From: Octopus vulgaris
Taxonomy: Eukaryota
DNA length: 64,000 bases
Assembly: GCA_951406725.2 (NCBI GenBank)
Contig: OX597814.1
Location: 147,064,001 to 147,128,000, forward strand
Direction: 5' to 3'
Positions 28,901 to 43,026 of the stretch are shown piece after piece. Position numbers and translations under genes: made by a program. Each line of letters starts with the position of its first letter. The first letter of the stretch is position 1. The notes under the pieces were generated by a model. That model was not told the origin of the DNA, did not search any database, and worked only from the letters and a program-made list of their open reading frames with translations.

Positions 28901-29299
28901 CTGGTAAAAAAAGAGAGTGAGGTACTTGATACTGCTTGCTAACTTGTTGCAAGAGCTATAAAAAAGAAAGTGAGGATATAAGAAGAATATCAAGACTGAA
29001 AAATACGAACTTCAAAGAATCGGGAATTATCGTAAAGTTGTAATAAGAACAGTTGGAAGAAAGTTGAATAGCCAGTTTATAAAGTTGTATATCGAATTTC
29101 CTAACTGCGCAAAGCGTGTTTCCTTGGCACTGCAAGGAATATATTAAAGTTGCTATAGACCTAAGTCTACTGGATACAACTTGATATCTAGCTAACCAAT
29201 AGCTGCGCAAGAATTACAAAATTGGGAATTACTGGAGAAGATGACGACGACGACGTCGACGATGCCGACGAGGATGATGAGAGCTATGCATGGAGATAA

Positions 29300-29600
29300 A
29301 GGATTATAAAGTAAAACGCATATGGAAGATAGACAAAAAGAAATGGAATGGAAGAAAAATGATGTACGTGAAGATTGGGAGAGAAGTGAATGTAATACAG
29401 ATGCCGATGGAAGTTGGCACTGGCTAACGAAGAATGATTTGAAACCAGAGATAGAGGGGCATATCTGTTCTTCGCAACAGTAAGCGCTTTGGATACATTA
29501 CACCAGAGGCATGACTGGCGGCAACAGAGCTCCACAGAATTATCGAAATCTAAATGAAGAATTTTACACTAGTCCACTGGGTGCGGACAACTGATATTTT
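29300..29600 (+). mobile_element. Old R4/Dong-clade LINE internal fragment
   Basis: SWHWLTKNDLKPEIEGHICSSQQ parallels SQQWLRSSGLKAETDGFLIAAQEQ in the 50785 ORF. Confidence 0.6.
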
Positions 29601-29659
29601 GATAATTCCCCGGCAAAGTTTGCCATGTTAAAGAACAAGAACAGCAACAATAGGAATAA

Positions 29660-30122
29660 TGACACTTTCTATTATAGGCACAACATAGTCAATTACATCG
29701 GCTCCAGTGTTGAACTGCTAGATTTTATACAGCCCGAAAGGATAAAATACAATGTTGACCTCCGAACAAAACGATGACCAGCATTACTTAGTTCAAATGA
29801 ACTAAGGAAGGTTGTTCAGCGGTTTCTTTGCATTTCTTTGTTCAAGGGAACTAAGCAATTTGTTTGGCATGCTAACGAGTCTTCCAGCCGCGACATTAAT
29901 GCTAATAGTAGAAGCAAAAACAACAGAAAATATAGCAACAACAACATTAACAATGATGATTTCCAATTTTGGCAAAAGGCTAGCAATGTGTGGTGAGGGG
30001 GAAAATCGATTATATCAACCTTCGTTAGTGTTAAACTGGTATTTATTTTATCGACCCCGCAAAGCCAAAGTGGAATTTGAACTCAGAACGTACACTTGAC
30101 CTGTGCACTAACAATTCTACCA
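29660..30122 (-). mobile_element. Two degenerate Nin-type SINE fragments (~29660-29765 and ~29960-30122)
   Basis: AACTGGTATTTATTTTATCGACCCCG...GGAATTTGAACTCAGAACGTA and similar blocks. Confidence 0.6.
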
Positions 30123-30971
30123 AGGAAAATAACAACAGCAACAATAAGAACAACAAGAAAAGGACAAGAGCAAAATAATATAGTAATAGTATACTTAATA
30201 GTAATAAAGTGTAATTGTAATGACACAGCTTAGTAGTGGTCTTAATGCAAACGTTCAGTAGTGTTTCTGAAACGCCTCAACCGTATTTGTTGTCATGAAA
30301 ATAAGTTTTCATTTGAAATAAGAAATATAATGGCGGCTTTAATGAAACAATTGCATGATGATTGTTATAAAATCAGAAAACCATTTTGCTTGACATGACT
30401 CGGTGATAGTTGGGAGGATACAATTCGACGGTCATTGTAAAGAAATAAAGCATAGTGGTTTTTCCAGTGAGAAACTATGGAGATTTTAATCGAAAGAGAT
30501 CATTGATAGTTGTAATGATTCAGCATTTTTATATATAGAGTTAGTTATATTGAAATAACTCAATACTAGTTGCATTAACTCAACTAGTTATATAAAATTA
30601 GCTAATGACAAAATTCAGTTGTGGTAGCATTGAAAGAAATTAGTAGTTGCAACAATAAGTCTATAGTTGTATTTTCTTCTGAACTTCTTTAATGTCACAG
30701 AAAACTAATTCGAACAATCATCAGAAAGCTAATTCCTCTTGTGTGACCATTATAAGTCAAACTTGCGTGTCAGAATTTTAAAGTCGATTAATAAAGTAAT
30801 TGCAAACAGTGGAGAATAAAAAACAAATTCCTGTCGTGGATATTTTGTTCGATATAAGGTAGTAGATTCCCTATGGTATCTTCTTGTGATTACATAACGG
30901 TTATGTAAACAACTCCCGCTATTTGCTGATAGAATTCTCACTCGACTGTGAGCGTGAGATACAGTTTAAAT

Positions 30972-31107
<136 letters not shown>

Positions 31108-31526
31108 ATATTTACATCCATACACACCCACACGCACACACAATATTATATATACATATAGATATAAATGTATATATACAGGCCGTGCGTATGTATGTAG
31201 GTGGGCGCATGTGCTTGTGTGTATGTCTGTGTTACTGTAGGCAGTATATGCTTATTATATATATACATACACCCACAAAAAGGAAAACATGCTTCTTAAG
31301 TCGTCCGAATAGTAATGCCCAAATTCTGATATTTCTAAGTTGGATTGATCTGATTGACTTATGCATATATAACGACCGTAAATATAGATATGACCTGCTG
31401 CACATTTCAAGTAGTACATTACGCCGTTAGAGTATGTATTAGCATATGTGCCACTACTGAACAAGTGTTATAGCAGTGTATCATTTCTGAAAAGATATTA
31501 ATATGGCATAAATAATCAGAAATCTT

Positions 31527-31739
31527 TTTTCTATACTAGGCATAAGGCCCAAAATTTTGGAGAATGTGGCAGTCGATTAGATTGACCCCAGGACGCAACT
31601 GGTAATTAATTTATCGATCCCGAAAGGAAGAAAGGCAAAGTCGACTTCGGTGGAAATTGAACTCAGAACGTAAAGATAGACGAAATAACGATAAGAAATT
31701 TCGCGAAGCGTGCTATCGTTTCTGCAAGTTCGCTGCCTT
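31527..31739 (-). mobile_element. Nin-type tRNA-derived SINE (alternative tail subfamily)
   Basis: Head and body homologous to 586-820, with a different tail (GGGCCTTATGCCTAGTATAGAAA). Confidence 0.8.
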
Positions 31740-31789
31740 TAAATAATCGGAAGTATTGATTGTGTGTAGGGAGTTTATTGCTTAAACAA

Positions 31790-32080
31790 GATACATGGTT
31801 CAGTAGTTAGAGCGTCGGGCTCACAATCATGAGGTAGTGTGTTCGAATTCCAGACCAGGCTGTTCGTTGTGTTCCGGAGTAAGATATTTATTTCACGTGT
31901 AGAAATGCGTTGTTAGGTCACTAGTACCAAAGTGTATCAGCATATGGCTTTCCCTTGGATAAAATCAGTGTCATGAAGAGGAGAAGCTGGTATGCATAGG
32001 AAACTGCTGGTTTTCTATAAACAACTTTACCCGGACTTGTGCCTGGGAGGAGAACTTTCTAGGTACAATTATATGGTCTT
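31790..32080 (+). mobile_element. tRNA-derived SINE
   Basis: TGGTTCAGTAGTTAGAGCGTCGGGCTCACAATCATGAGGTAGTGTGTTCGAATTCC (A/B boxes) followed by a non-tRNA body. Confidence 0.7.
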
Positions 32081-33127
32081 TGCTGTTTAATCTTTAATAA
32101 ACAAAAGAACCAGTCTAAGTCAGTTTGTAATGCTTAAGGAAGGAGATTTGAAATTAAAGGGCGAATAGGTCGACTGATTCAGTTCATCAAAGGCTCAGTT
32201 CCTTAGAACTTGGTTGACATGTAATATTACATTCATGGGTGAAGAATCAATCTGGAAACTGAATTCAAGATACTGAACAGTTTAACGGCATCTACAATGG
32301 CTTATAAATGTACGAAAGCTTGGTAAAAGGTTTCCTCATAACCTGACAAAAAAAAAAAAAACAATAACCCTGCAGTGCATTTGAATATTTGCAGTTCTTT
32401 ATATACTGTTCATTCTAAAATTAATTTTTTACTTTATTTTTTAATGCTATTTCATTTGAGTTTGTCTGCAAACAAAATATATGTGAGAAAAACAACAAAC
32501 AAGAAAGAGGATGGGATATAAATCAATTGACATGAAGAATAACAAAATGATAGAATAACAAAGAGACCACTAGAAATACAACTGAGATTATTAAGTAATA
32601 CATGCCAATTGCAAATACTTTGTATCAATTAGTACTACCTCTTAAGTGACAGAGTCAAATTAACCAACCAAATTTGAAACTTTATTCATGCTTCAATAGA
32701 TTTACGAGGGAGCAGAAAATCTCTTCCTAACTTTACTTACTGAATTGCTATGTGCAGAACTTGCACATTCTTAACAGAAAAGGAAAATCTTTCAAACTTT
32801 CAACTGCATTCACTAAATTATTTCCTTCGTTAAGAGGGAACTTGTTAGCTCTTTGCAAAACAATTGAGCCCCGATCTGTATAGTAGATTAAATTGATACT
32901 CAATCTCCCACCGTATTGCATATAGACCACAACTATTGACATTGCACAGACAGTGGATGAATACACTGTTCTTTTATTTACGATGTATACATCATTGACC
33001 ATCAACGGAGATGGCAATTAGAACAGTATCATGTCTGTAGAGTATATCGCAAACAAGCAATCACACTCTGTAGAGCAGAGAGCAGAGAGCAGAGAGCAGA
33101 ATGACTTCTGCAAATTGCCCTGTAATA

Positions 33128-33320
33128 ATGGTTTTAAATTTTGGTACAAGGCCAACAATTCCAAGCGAAGAGGAAGTCGATAGTAACGACTCTAATGCTT
33201 GACTGGAACTTATTTTATCGAGAGAATGAAACGCAAGGTGGACCTTAGAATGTTACCAGGGACGAAAGCCCGTTTAGCATATTCCTCGACGTCCAAACGA
33301 TTCTTTCAGATGCCGCCTTC
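33128..33320 (-). mobile_element. Old Nin-type SINE
   Basis: GACTGGAACTTATTTTATCG and terminal GCCGCCTT match the family. Confidence 0.5.
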
Positions 33321-33398
33321 AACTGCCCAATGATAATAGCAATAAATATTTTTGCCGTACAAACAATACCAGAAATTTGGCAAGTGAGATACCTAACA

Positions 33399-33520
<122 letters not shown>

Positions 33521-33523
33521 ATT

Positions 33524-34048
<525 letters not shown>

Positions 34049-34637
34049 GTCTATCTATATATCCACCTATATGTCTGTCTGTCTGGTATCCCTATCTATC
34101 TGTCTATCTATATCTATGTCTATATCTAAGCAGGCACTCGCGCACACGCAAACACGTACATAGGATAAAATTCAGTTTATTTAAGGCTCAGTAATGCGGT
34201 GTAAAAAGAAGAAGCACTAGGACGCAGAATGTTCTATCCGAGTACAACAATAGATATTACTACAAGCTATTGTGACATATATTTTATTGTCTACGTTAAA
34301 GGAATTGGATCACTGCGTACACATATTAAAAAATTTTCACATACAGAAACAATGTTTCGGCAATTTACGAAGGCCGGGAAAACAATTTTTGAAAATAATG
34401 GCAGCGTGGAAAATATCAGATTTATACTCGGATTATGTATCTCGTTCTGCTGCCTGTTGAAGGTGCTAGGCAAGTGTCTAATAATTTGTCCACATACACA
34501 CATATAAACACACAGAGACACATACAGAGGTGTGTATGGGTGTGTGTGGAGATGGTTGTGAGATGATGGGTATGTATATATCCATCTACAACTATATATA
34601 TGTATATATATATGTGTGTGTGTATGTATATAGATAC

Positions 34638-34724
<87 letters not shown>

Positions 34725-35355
34725 TATTAGTGTGTGTGTGTGTGTATACATTCACAGACAGGAAAAACAGAATTTACGCAACATTTGATATATATTCCAT
34801 TACACACACACATACACACCCATATATGTTTGTGTGTGTGCATGCGTATTTATGTATTTTTGTATGCCCGTTTCTATGATGCTATATGTGTATTTAAAGT
34901 AGAATACAACTTTTGTAAGCGATCGTCATTTTGTAACGAATGATTTCGTTTTAGTGATAAATTTTTACTTTTATTTTACGATATGTCTTATAAAATATGA
35001 TATATCGTTTCTCGCACGCAATTATTGTTTTCTCACCTATTGTTTCAAAGGTAGACGACTAGGCACTACTTATCTATATTATTTCGAAGGTTATATGTTA
35101 TAGGATTTGTATCTATCTATACATCTATATTTTGCCGTCTCTATCTCTGTTTTCCTTCTAATTATATGTTTGTGTGTGGGTATAGATATGTATCATTATA
35201 TATAAACATATACATACACACACATATATATGTATATGTATATATACTCGCATTCATACATACAAACGTATATGTTTATATACATATATGCGTGTGTGTT
35301 ATTGTGGAACCAGAAGGTATATCTATCTATCTCTTCCCCTTCTGTCTCTCTCTCA

Positions 35356-35419
<64 letters not shown>

Positions 35420-36038
35420 ATATACACATACACACACACATATATGTATACATATATATATATGTGTGTGCGCGTGTGTATTTACATTAGTGTATATGTG
35501 TGCATCAGTCTGTGGTCTGTGCGTTTGTGTGTTTTGCTTAATACAGCTATTCATTTAGTGTGTGTTTGTATATATATATATATTTATATGTGTGTGTGTT
35601 TGTGTGTGTTTAGGATTTATCCTATATAAAATGGCTAAAACGTAACCTATATTCTAAGCTATTAAATATTGATTTATCAGTCTATTATGTATCGCTTCAT
35701 CTGTCTGTATATTTATCTATTTATATTTTCTGCAGTCGTTTATGTTTTGAAAGTTTTTCTATGATTTAATAATGGTTCTATAAAAAAAATTATATACGTA
35801 TTATTCATGGTTTATCATATGATAATTGAAGCACTATTTTCCTAAACCTGTTATTTGAACAAAATATGCGTCGCTACATTTTGTACATTATTCAAAATAA
35901 AGTGTACATACACGGCCGCACACAGAAACAGGCTCACACGCACGCACTCACCCACGCACACACACACACACACAAATGTACATATACATATACATACATA
36001 CATACATGCCTACATATATATGTATATGTGTGTGTGTG

Positions 36039-36072
<34 letters not shown>

Positions 36073-36074
36073 GT

Positions 36075-36255
36075 TGAAATTTAAAGAAAACCCAAGACAA
36101 AGATTGGTATATGAACAAGAAGCAGGTGTAATAGTCGGACGCTCGAGGAAGTGAGAAAGTCTTTTACGTTTCGAGCCTACGCTCTTCAACAAGAGGGAAT
36201 AAGAGAATATAAACGGACAGAATTATACGAACTTGTGGACTTAGCGGTCAAGCAT
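36075..36255 (-). mobile_element. Penelope-like element terminal remnant with degenerate hammerhead
   Basis: Minus TTGTTGAAGAGCGTAGGCTCGAAACGTA; flanked by (TA)n on both sides. Confidence 0.55.
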
Positions 36256-36257
36256 GG

Positions 36258-36291
<34 letters not shown>

Positions 36292-36719
36292 ATACAATAT
36301 CAGATTTTCTAAGAACTGTTACCTCTCCGCTACGGAATTTAAAATCCAATGATGGTAGTATATTGTGTCCAAGACTCCGAGGAGAACGTATAATAAAAAT
36401 TTTGTGAGGAACATATCTATAAGATAATTTCATTAAGCATCATGTGGTGTATATTTAAACAACTATACCTTCTCTGCGTGTTCGTTATATAAAAGGACTT
36501 TCTATTACGCATACAAATTTTGTATACACCGATTTTCACATGAATCTTCAGATGTGCACGAAATATCTTATCAAACGTTGAAATTAGTCATCTGTAAACC
36601 GTATAGCACATGCTACTAGTGAACTATTGAGGAGAAAAATGTTGTATGAAAATTTTATAATATTCATTTGGATTAAATTACGAGAAATGCATACAACGGA
36701 ACAAAATTCATTTCAAAAT

Positions 36720-36779
36720 CTACTACTACTACTACTACTACTAATACTACTACTACTAGTACTACTACTGGTATTATTA

Positions 36780-36846
<67 letters not shown>
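36720..36846. repeat. (TAC)n(TTA)n compound microsatellite
   Basis: Direct reading. Confidence 0.95.
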
Positions 36847-36929
36847 CCATAATACGTATTTGGATTCTTTCCCCTTAGTGTGACACACACGACGATTTCT
36901 AATAGTAGTTATATATATATATATATATA

Positions 36930-37175
36930 TGGTTATTAAGAAGGACAACAAACGTTAAGGCAAGACAAACATCTCAAGTCACATACGTTATTATTATTGG
37001 AAAACTTCAAATTCTTACAGCTATTTCTGGAGATATCCAAAAGTATGGGATATCAGAGACTAATAGGGAAAATGTGAGGGTTACAGATTAATGAAGCGAT
37101 GATATAGAGGACAGGAGGAAGGCAATAAAGAAATGAAGAAAAGGAGTGAAAAAGGAAAAAGGAAATAACAAGCAT
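36930..37175 (-). mobile_element. Penelope-like terminal remnant
   Basis: Minus GATATCCCATACTTTTGGATATCTCCAGAAATAGCTGTA is the 3' half of a hammerhead; flanked by (TA)n. Confidence 0.4.
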
Positions 37176-37576
37176 AAATTTATATATATATATATATATA
37201 TACAATAATAATAATGCTAATAGTATTAGGGAGTAAATCCAAACTTACATATATTTAAAAAAAATTTGAAAAATATAAAATATAAAAAATTATAAATATA
37301 AATTAAAAAGTTTAAATTTAAATAATGCAAATTTTAAACTTTATATTTTATATATTTTGTATATTATATTAATTATGTTTATTTTTATGTTTTGGTTTAT
37401 GTTTTTCATTGTTTCATTTGCCTAATAGTGGTTTTATCTCTAATTTAATTTATATATATATATACATACATATATATAAGATATTCATACACACATACGC
37501 ACGGACATTCACAAACACACACACATATATATATATATACATGTATATGCACACATATATATATATATTATGTTCT

Positions 37577-37624
<48 letters not shown>

Positions 37625-37683
37625 ATGTATATATATATATATATATATATACGTGTGTGTGTGTCTATATATATATATGTATA

Positions 37684-37724
<41 letters not shown>

Positions 37725-38059
37725 TATATATATATAAATGTTTTGAGAAAGAATATGATTAATCAGACATTCCCTCTCCAAGTTAAGATTTGCACTTAGA
37801 TGTGCTCAAGAAAATCTTGAGACAAAAGATAAAATATATAGTATGAAGAACTGTAAGACCAGGTAATTTAATCCATAAACATGACTCCGATTTCAGATGA
37901 ATTTAAAGAAGAAGTATATACATGATACATTAAAAATATATAAATACATAGACACTTTTTAAAAATCTATAAATAAATAAATATATCAAAATTATATTTA
38001 TAAGATAATAAAAAAATTAGATGTAGACATAAATATATTAAAGCATATATATAAGTAAT

Positions 38060-38460
38060 TATATTGAAGAATGTCTGAAGTAGTGACAAAAGTGAAATAA
38101 AAATGATACAAGGAGGAAGGAAATTAAAAGTCAGGATAGTGAAGAATAGTATAAATAGTGTACCAACTGCCGTTTCCAGGGGATAATTGCCTGTAGAAAC
38201 AAAGGGATATAGTACCCATTATTTAGCAATTCCTACTTTTTCAGGTTTTACACTTGTAAGTTGACAATCTGTTACCCTGAATAATGAGGAATTGCTAAAT
38301 AATAGGAACTATATACCCTTATTTTTACCGACTTTTAACCTCCAGAAGCGGTCGCTGCTACCCTATTTTACTATTCTTAACTATCCTGACTTTTAACCTC
38401 CTTCCTCCTTGGATCATTTTCATGAAACTTTCATCACTACTGCAGACTGTCTTCGATATA
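38060..38460. repeat. Long imperfect inverted repeat (arms ~38060-38245 and ~38276-38460)
   Basis: e.g. CAAGGAGGAAGGAAATTAAAAGTCAGGATAGTGAAGAATAGTA vs TACTATTCTTAACTATCCTGACTTTTAACCTCCTTCCTCCTTG; TTATTTAGCAATTCCT vs AGGAATTGCTAAATAA. Confidence 0.9.
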
Positions 38461-38501
38461 TTTACGTATACCTGTATGTTTTCATATATTTTTAATCTAT
38501 C

Positions 38502-38547
<46 letters not shown>

Positions 38548-39616
38548 TTATGTATGTATTCAAATATAAGATTCATGCTCAGATCTCTAATAGATCCTGC
38601 TTCATTGAATCTCCTCTCTCCCTAAACAAATCAATAAAATATGATTACTACCATCTCCAAATGATATCTGGCAAAATTTCAGGGATTACCCGAAAATCCA
38701 CCTATAACTAAATAAACATCAGTCAATAGACTTGTCTTTGGGAATGATGTCGAAATATTCTATCAGGAGGTAGTTTTAAATTAGACATGGCGTTGACCAA
38801 TTTTGTGTGAATCGTATCTCAGTTTATCAGGTTAAGTTTATATAAAGGAAAATGCACAATCAATCGCAGATGCATGAAAATATATTTACATGTAATGTAT
38901 ATACTTTAAAATGTTCTACTTCGGCAATCGTGGCCAGTGCGACGCTTGCGATGCTGCATGTACAGGCAACCTACTCGATTATCAAAATTCATTTATTTGA
39001 ATGTCCTAATGAAACAAATCTTCAGTTTAGGCTCTCATAAATTTCTTCTCTCCCACGAATTTCTTGCCTTTCTCTGATCAGTCGTTCCTCATCATATTGC
39101 AGCAACCTACGTAGAATGGTGCATGGCTTGACTAGTAATATCACCAGTGCTTTACTCCAATGTGTGTTTTTTTCCACAATAAATCTCCGACGATCTATAA
39201 TCGAACCACTGTCCTGATTTCTTCCCAGCTTTGACCCTCTATAAAATCCAAAATTTATTTTAGAAGTTATGAGAGCAACTGCCTTCGAAGACGCTTATTG
39301 TTGTTGAATGCTCGAAATGAGGAGTAGATACAGACGCGACAACTGACGAAGGGTTGTTCCTTGTGTTATTTGACCCGTTTTCATTTTTCTCTCTCGTTGT
39401 TTGCATAGTTAAATCGTATGTTTTTGTATTTCATGTTGTTAACAGTTAGTGACATCCTGCACCGATATATGCATACACATACACACACACAATATATATA
39501 TATATATATGTATTATATATTATATCATATTATATATATATATATATAATATGATATAATATATAATACATATATATATATGTGTGTGCGTGTGTGTGTA
39601 TGCATATATCGGTGCA

Positions 39617-39667
<51 letters not shown>

Positions 39668-39671
39668 TGCA

Positions 39672-40380
39672 TAAGTTCGTCAATTATGAAATTTGTAGTT
39701 GGGTATATGGTAAAATTTGACAACTGCTCATTTTTTGCCATTATTATATTTTAACAATCTTTAGTTTTTTTTAGAAATCTGACACATCTATTTCTTTAGT
39801 CTAACTCAGTTTTGCCCTTTATGAACTATTTATAAATCGTTTTTTGCTATTTGTTTTAGAGATAGATCAGTCGGAAATTTGTACAGTTTTGAAATATGAG
39901 TTCTTTCTTGGAAATGCACCATCAGAGACAGCTCGGAATATTAATGGAGTATGTCATTTTAATATTACTACACAGCAGACAGTATCAAATTACTCTGCAA
40001 TATTTCGTTCTGGTGACTTTGACCTCACAAATGAGCAACGCGGTCGACCAGAAGCCACGGGGTATAATGACGAACTGAAAGCGACCATCGAGTTAGATCC
40101 AAGTCAAAGTGCCCGTGAATTATTTTTGTTGTTTGATGTTAGCAAGCAAACAATATTGACTCACGTAGTTCAAATCTCTAAAGTGAAAAATGTGTATAAT
40201 TGGGTTCCACATGAACTCAATAAAAATCAGAAACAGTAATGTTTGGAAGGCTGCATTATGCTACTTTCTCGTCACAAAATGAATCCTTTTTAATCCAGTT
40301 GTAACACGTGATGAGAAATGAATCTAATACAACAACTGTAAACGTTCAGCACAATGGCTGGACAAAGACAAGCCACACAA
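39672..40380 (+). mobile_element. Mariner transposon, 5' half (Hsmar1/SETMAR-like transposase pseudogene)
   Basis: ORF 39844..40239 has LKYEF..SETARNIN, RGRP and WVPHEL; VTRDEK (TGDEKW-like) follows after stops. Confidence 0.88.
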
Positions 40381-41199
40381 AACACTCTAACCACTGAGCC
40401 ATGCGCCTTCACATTGTAGTATGCCTCAATAATACATAGATATTGCACATACATGCAGAGTTGTGATAACGCTCAAGTGTTACACATTGCATGTGGATTC
40501 GCAAATGGTCATTTGAAGTCTATTCTCCATCATATATGACAGTTTTGCCGCATAATTAAATATTATGTACTGCATTGTTCAGAAATCCTGTTGTTTATAA
40601 ATGAATATGAGTACAGAAGCTTTCAGTCAGGGTTGATATATATATGTGTGTGTGAGTTTGTGTGCTTGCTTGTGTGTATGTTTGTGTGTATGTGTGTGTG
40701 TGTGTGAGTGTGTGCGTGATTATGTGTGTTTGTGTGTATGTTTCGCTCTTTCTAATTACCAATCTGTCTATCTATAGATTGATTATAAGATTTCATAGAA
40801 TGATGGCACATCAACTAGTAGGACGCGAGACGTGGCTATGTAAATAACGTATTGAAATCCAACAATAATGAGGGCAAGAAGTCTTGGTTGGAAACTGTAG
40901 ATATGTAATTACCAGATCCGGTTTGTAAATCCGATTTGGGGTTTGTTCTAGGCAGAGACCTGAGTTTCCTTAAAAATATGAGGGGGACAAACCAACATTT
41001 GTTGATTCTTAAAGGAGCAATTTAGCTTTGCTGGTGGCGCCTTTCCTGGAACCTATCACACACGGAAAAGTTTAAGCTAATTAAATTTCATATATTCAAA
41101 TGAAGTTCAGATCTAAAAGAAAAAATAAACTGAAAAAGAATGTATTATATCAACCAAAAAATAAAGCATAGATAGTTGAATAAAGAAACATAAAGTAAT

Positions 41200-41975
41200 T
41201 TTATTGTCTTTTAGAACTTTCCAAATATATCTTATGTCGCATCGTTGCTGTCAATAAATAATTTAGCAAATTTTCAACCATTTTTTTTTTCAAAATATCT
41301 CTATGAACGTAGCATATTAGAATACTATTCAAACTATCCTGAGTTATGGCCGATCACAGCCAAGTTTTGAGTCAACGCAAAGCTCTAAAAGATCTTTCAG
41401 CTTCACAAGAACTGGTTGGAAACAGTAAAAGTAGCCTGAGCGATCGCTCAATATTTGGAGATATGCGACGAACTCCTGTTAGCATTTTACCGCATATTTT
41501 ACAATGATCCTTGAGAGATGATCGACTATGATCATTTCTATAAAGATGTATTTCGTTCGTTATAGAAAAGTCATCAAGCTCAGGATACTGATCTCTTCAG
41601 CACAAAAATTTCCATTGAGTAAAATATTGCTCAATTTTTCAGAATCTGCTAAATCTTGTAAAAGAAATATTCTTTCAAATTTGCTATAACAATATTCACT
41701 AACTGCAAATATAGCACTCTGTAATGATCCCAAACAGTGTAGTGTTGACATTTTAACGCATTTCCTTCCTAGTATCTTTTAGGGACTTTTCGTTGCCTGT
41801 GTCGCTCCAAAGAAGAAATATTGAGTTGACAAACCAGTTTTATACTGTACCGAACAGCACCTCAAATTTATCTTTATTGCGTAGATTTGTTAGCTCCTTC
41901 TGCAGCAGTTTGGTATTATGCAACATAACACCTAGATTGACGATGGTACTTTGTTTTGCAATTGGGAAAACCTAA
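41200..41975 (-). mobile_element. hAT (Tip100/ZMYM1-like) transposase C-terminal remnant
   Basis: Minus peptides KELTNLRNKDKFEVLF, RQRKVPKRY, HYRVLYLQLVNIVIANLK, and dimerization domain LLLFPTSSCEAERSFRALR*LKTWL*SAITQDSLNSILICYVHRD. Confidence 0.85.
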
Positions 41976-42993
41976 TGGGGATAAAAGATGGTTTGTCCTC
42001 CATTCCTGGTACCCCCATAAACCAAGGCCCTTGGTTTTATGTATGGCGCAGGTATAAAGAAGAACGGAAATGAGGTTTAAATTTCACGACTGCTGTTTCG
42101 GAAGAATTTTTTTTGATGTATTCATAGATTACAACATAACTTGTAGTCCACCATCTTCAGTTAAATTTCAAGCAGATATGTCGGTTGGATATCGTTACGA
42201 TCGACGAAGCACACATGTTTGATACCTTTTTATATCTTTGCCTGAATATGGTGAATGATATGTTATATTGTATGGACACATCGATAAAATACTGCCGACG
42301 CTGCTTTCGCAAATTTTAAGCGGCAGTCGTGTTCTTTATCTATACATACATACACACATACACTCATATACTAAGCACACGCACAAATACGCTTTAGTAC
42401 GTGTTCATGTGCGTTTGTGTGATTATATTTATGAAACTTTAAATTTACTTGTTTAGCTGATCCCTGTCATTTACATTACGAAAGCTGGCTGGAGCTAGCG
42501 ACTCTTTCAATTCGTATGAACACAAATGAGTGATCAAACATATATGTGCGTTTTGTATTGCTTTTGTTTATGTACACATTTAGCATTTCTTTTGTTTGTA
42601 TGATTTTCTTTCAAAAACGGATATCATAAATTATTTTCAAGTTGAATTCAATCTTCAGGAAGCTTGCAAGTAAATACCGATTTCCTCACCTACCAGCTAT
42701 AAATCAAAATATTTTCTAGTGGATTTCAATGATGAAACACCTCTTAATACTTAATGACAATGACCCAATTTTATCGTCTGGAAGACCTGCATTAGGCACC
42801 TTATGTTTTAGAGAACTTAACAGTCGCATTATTGTTTTGAAATCGTTGTGAATGTTGAATGTCACGAAATCATTGGATATATAAACGAATACTATATTAC
42901 TCACTACTTAAAAGTATACAAACATATATGCACTTATATACCTATAAATATGTTTCATATATAGATACATATATGTGTGAGTCTGTGTGTGTT

Positions 42994-43026
<33 letters not shown>

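Noticed and set aside
32741-33035. Minus-strand ORF with a GTAAGT donor at 32740
   Set aside because: The stop lies just before the donor, the phase is incompatible with the 28900 candidate exon, and no homology is recognised.
39280-39470. Possible further hammerhead / Penelope end (TCGAAGACGC...GCTCGAAA)
   Set aside because: Core and stem III too degenerate.
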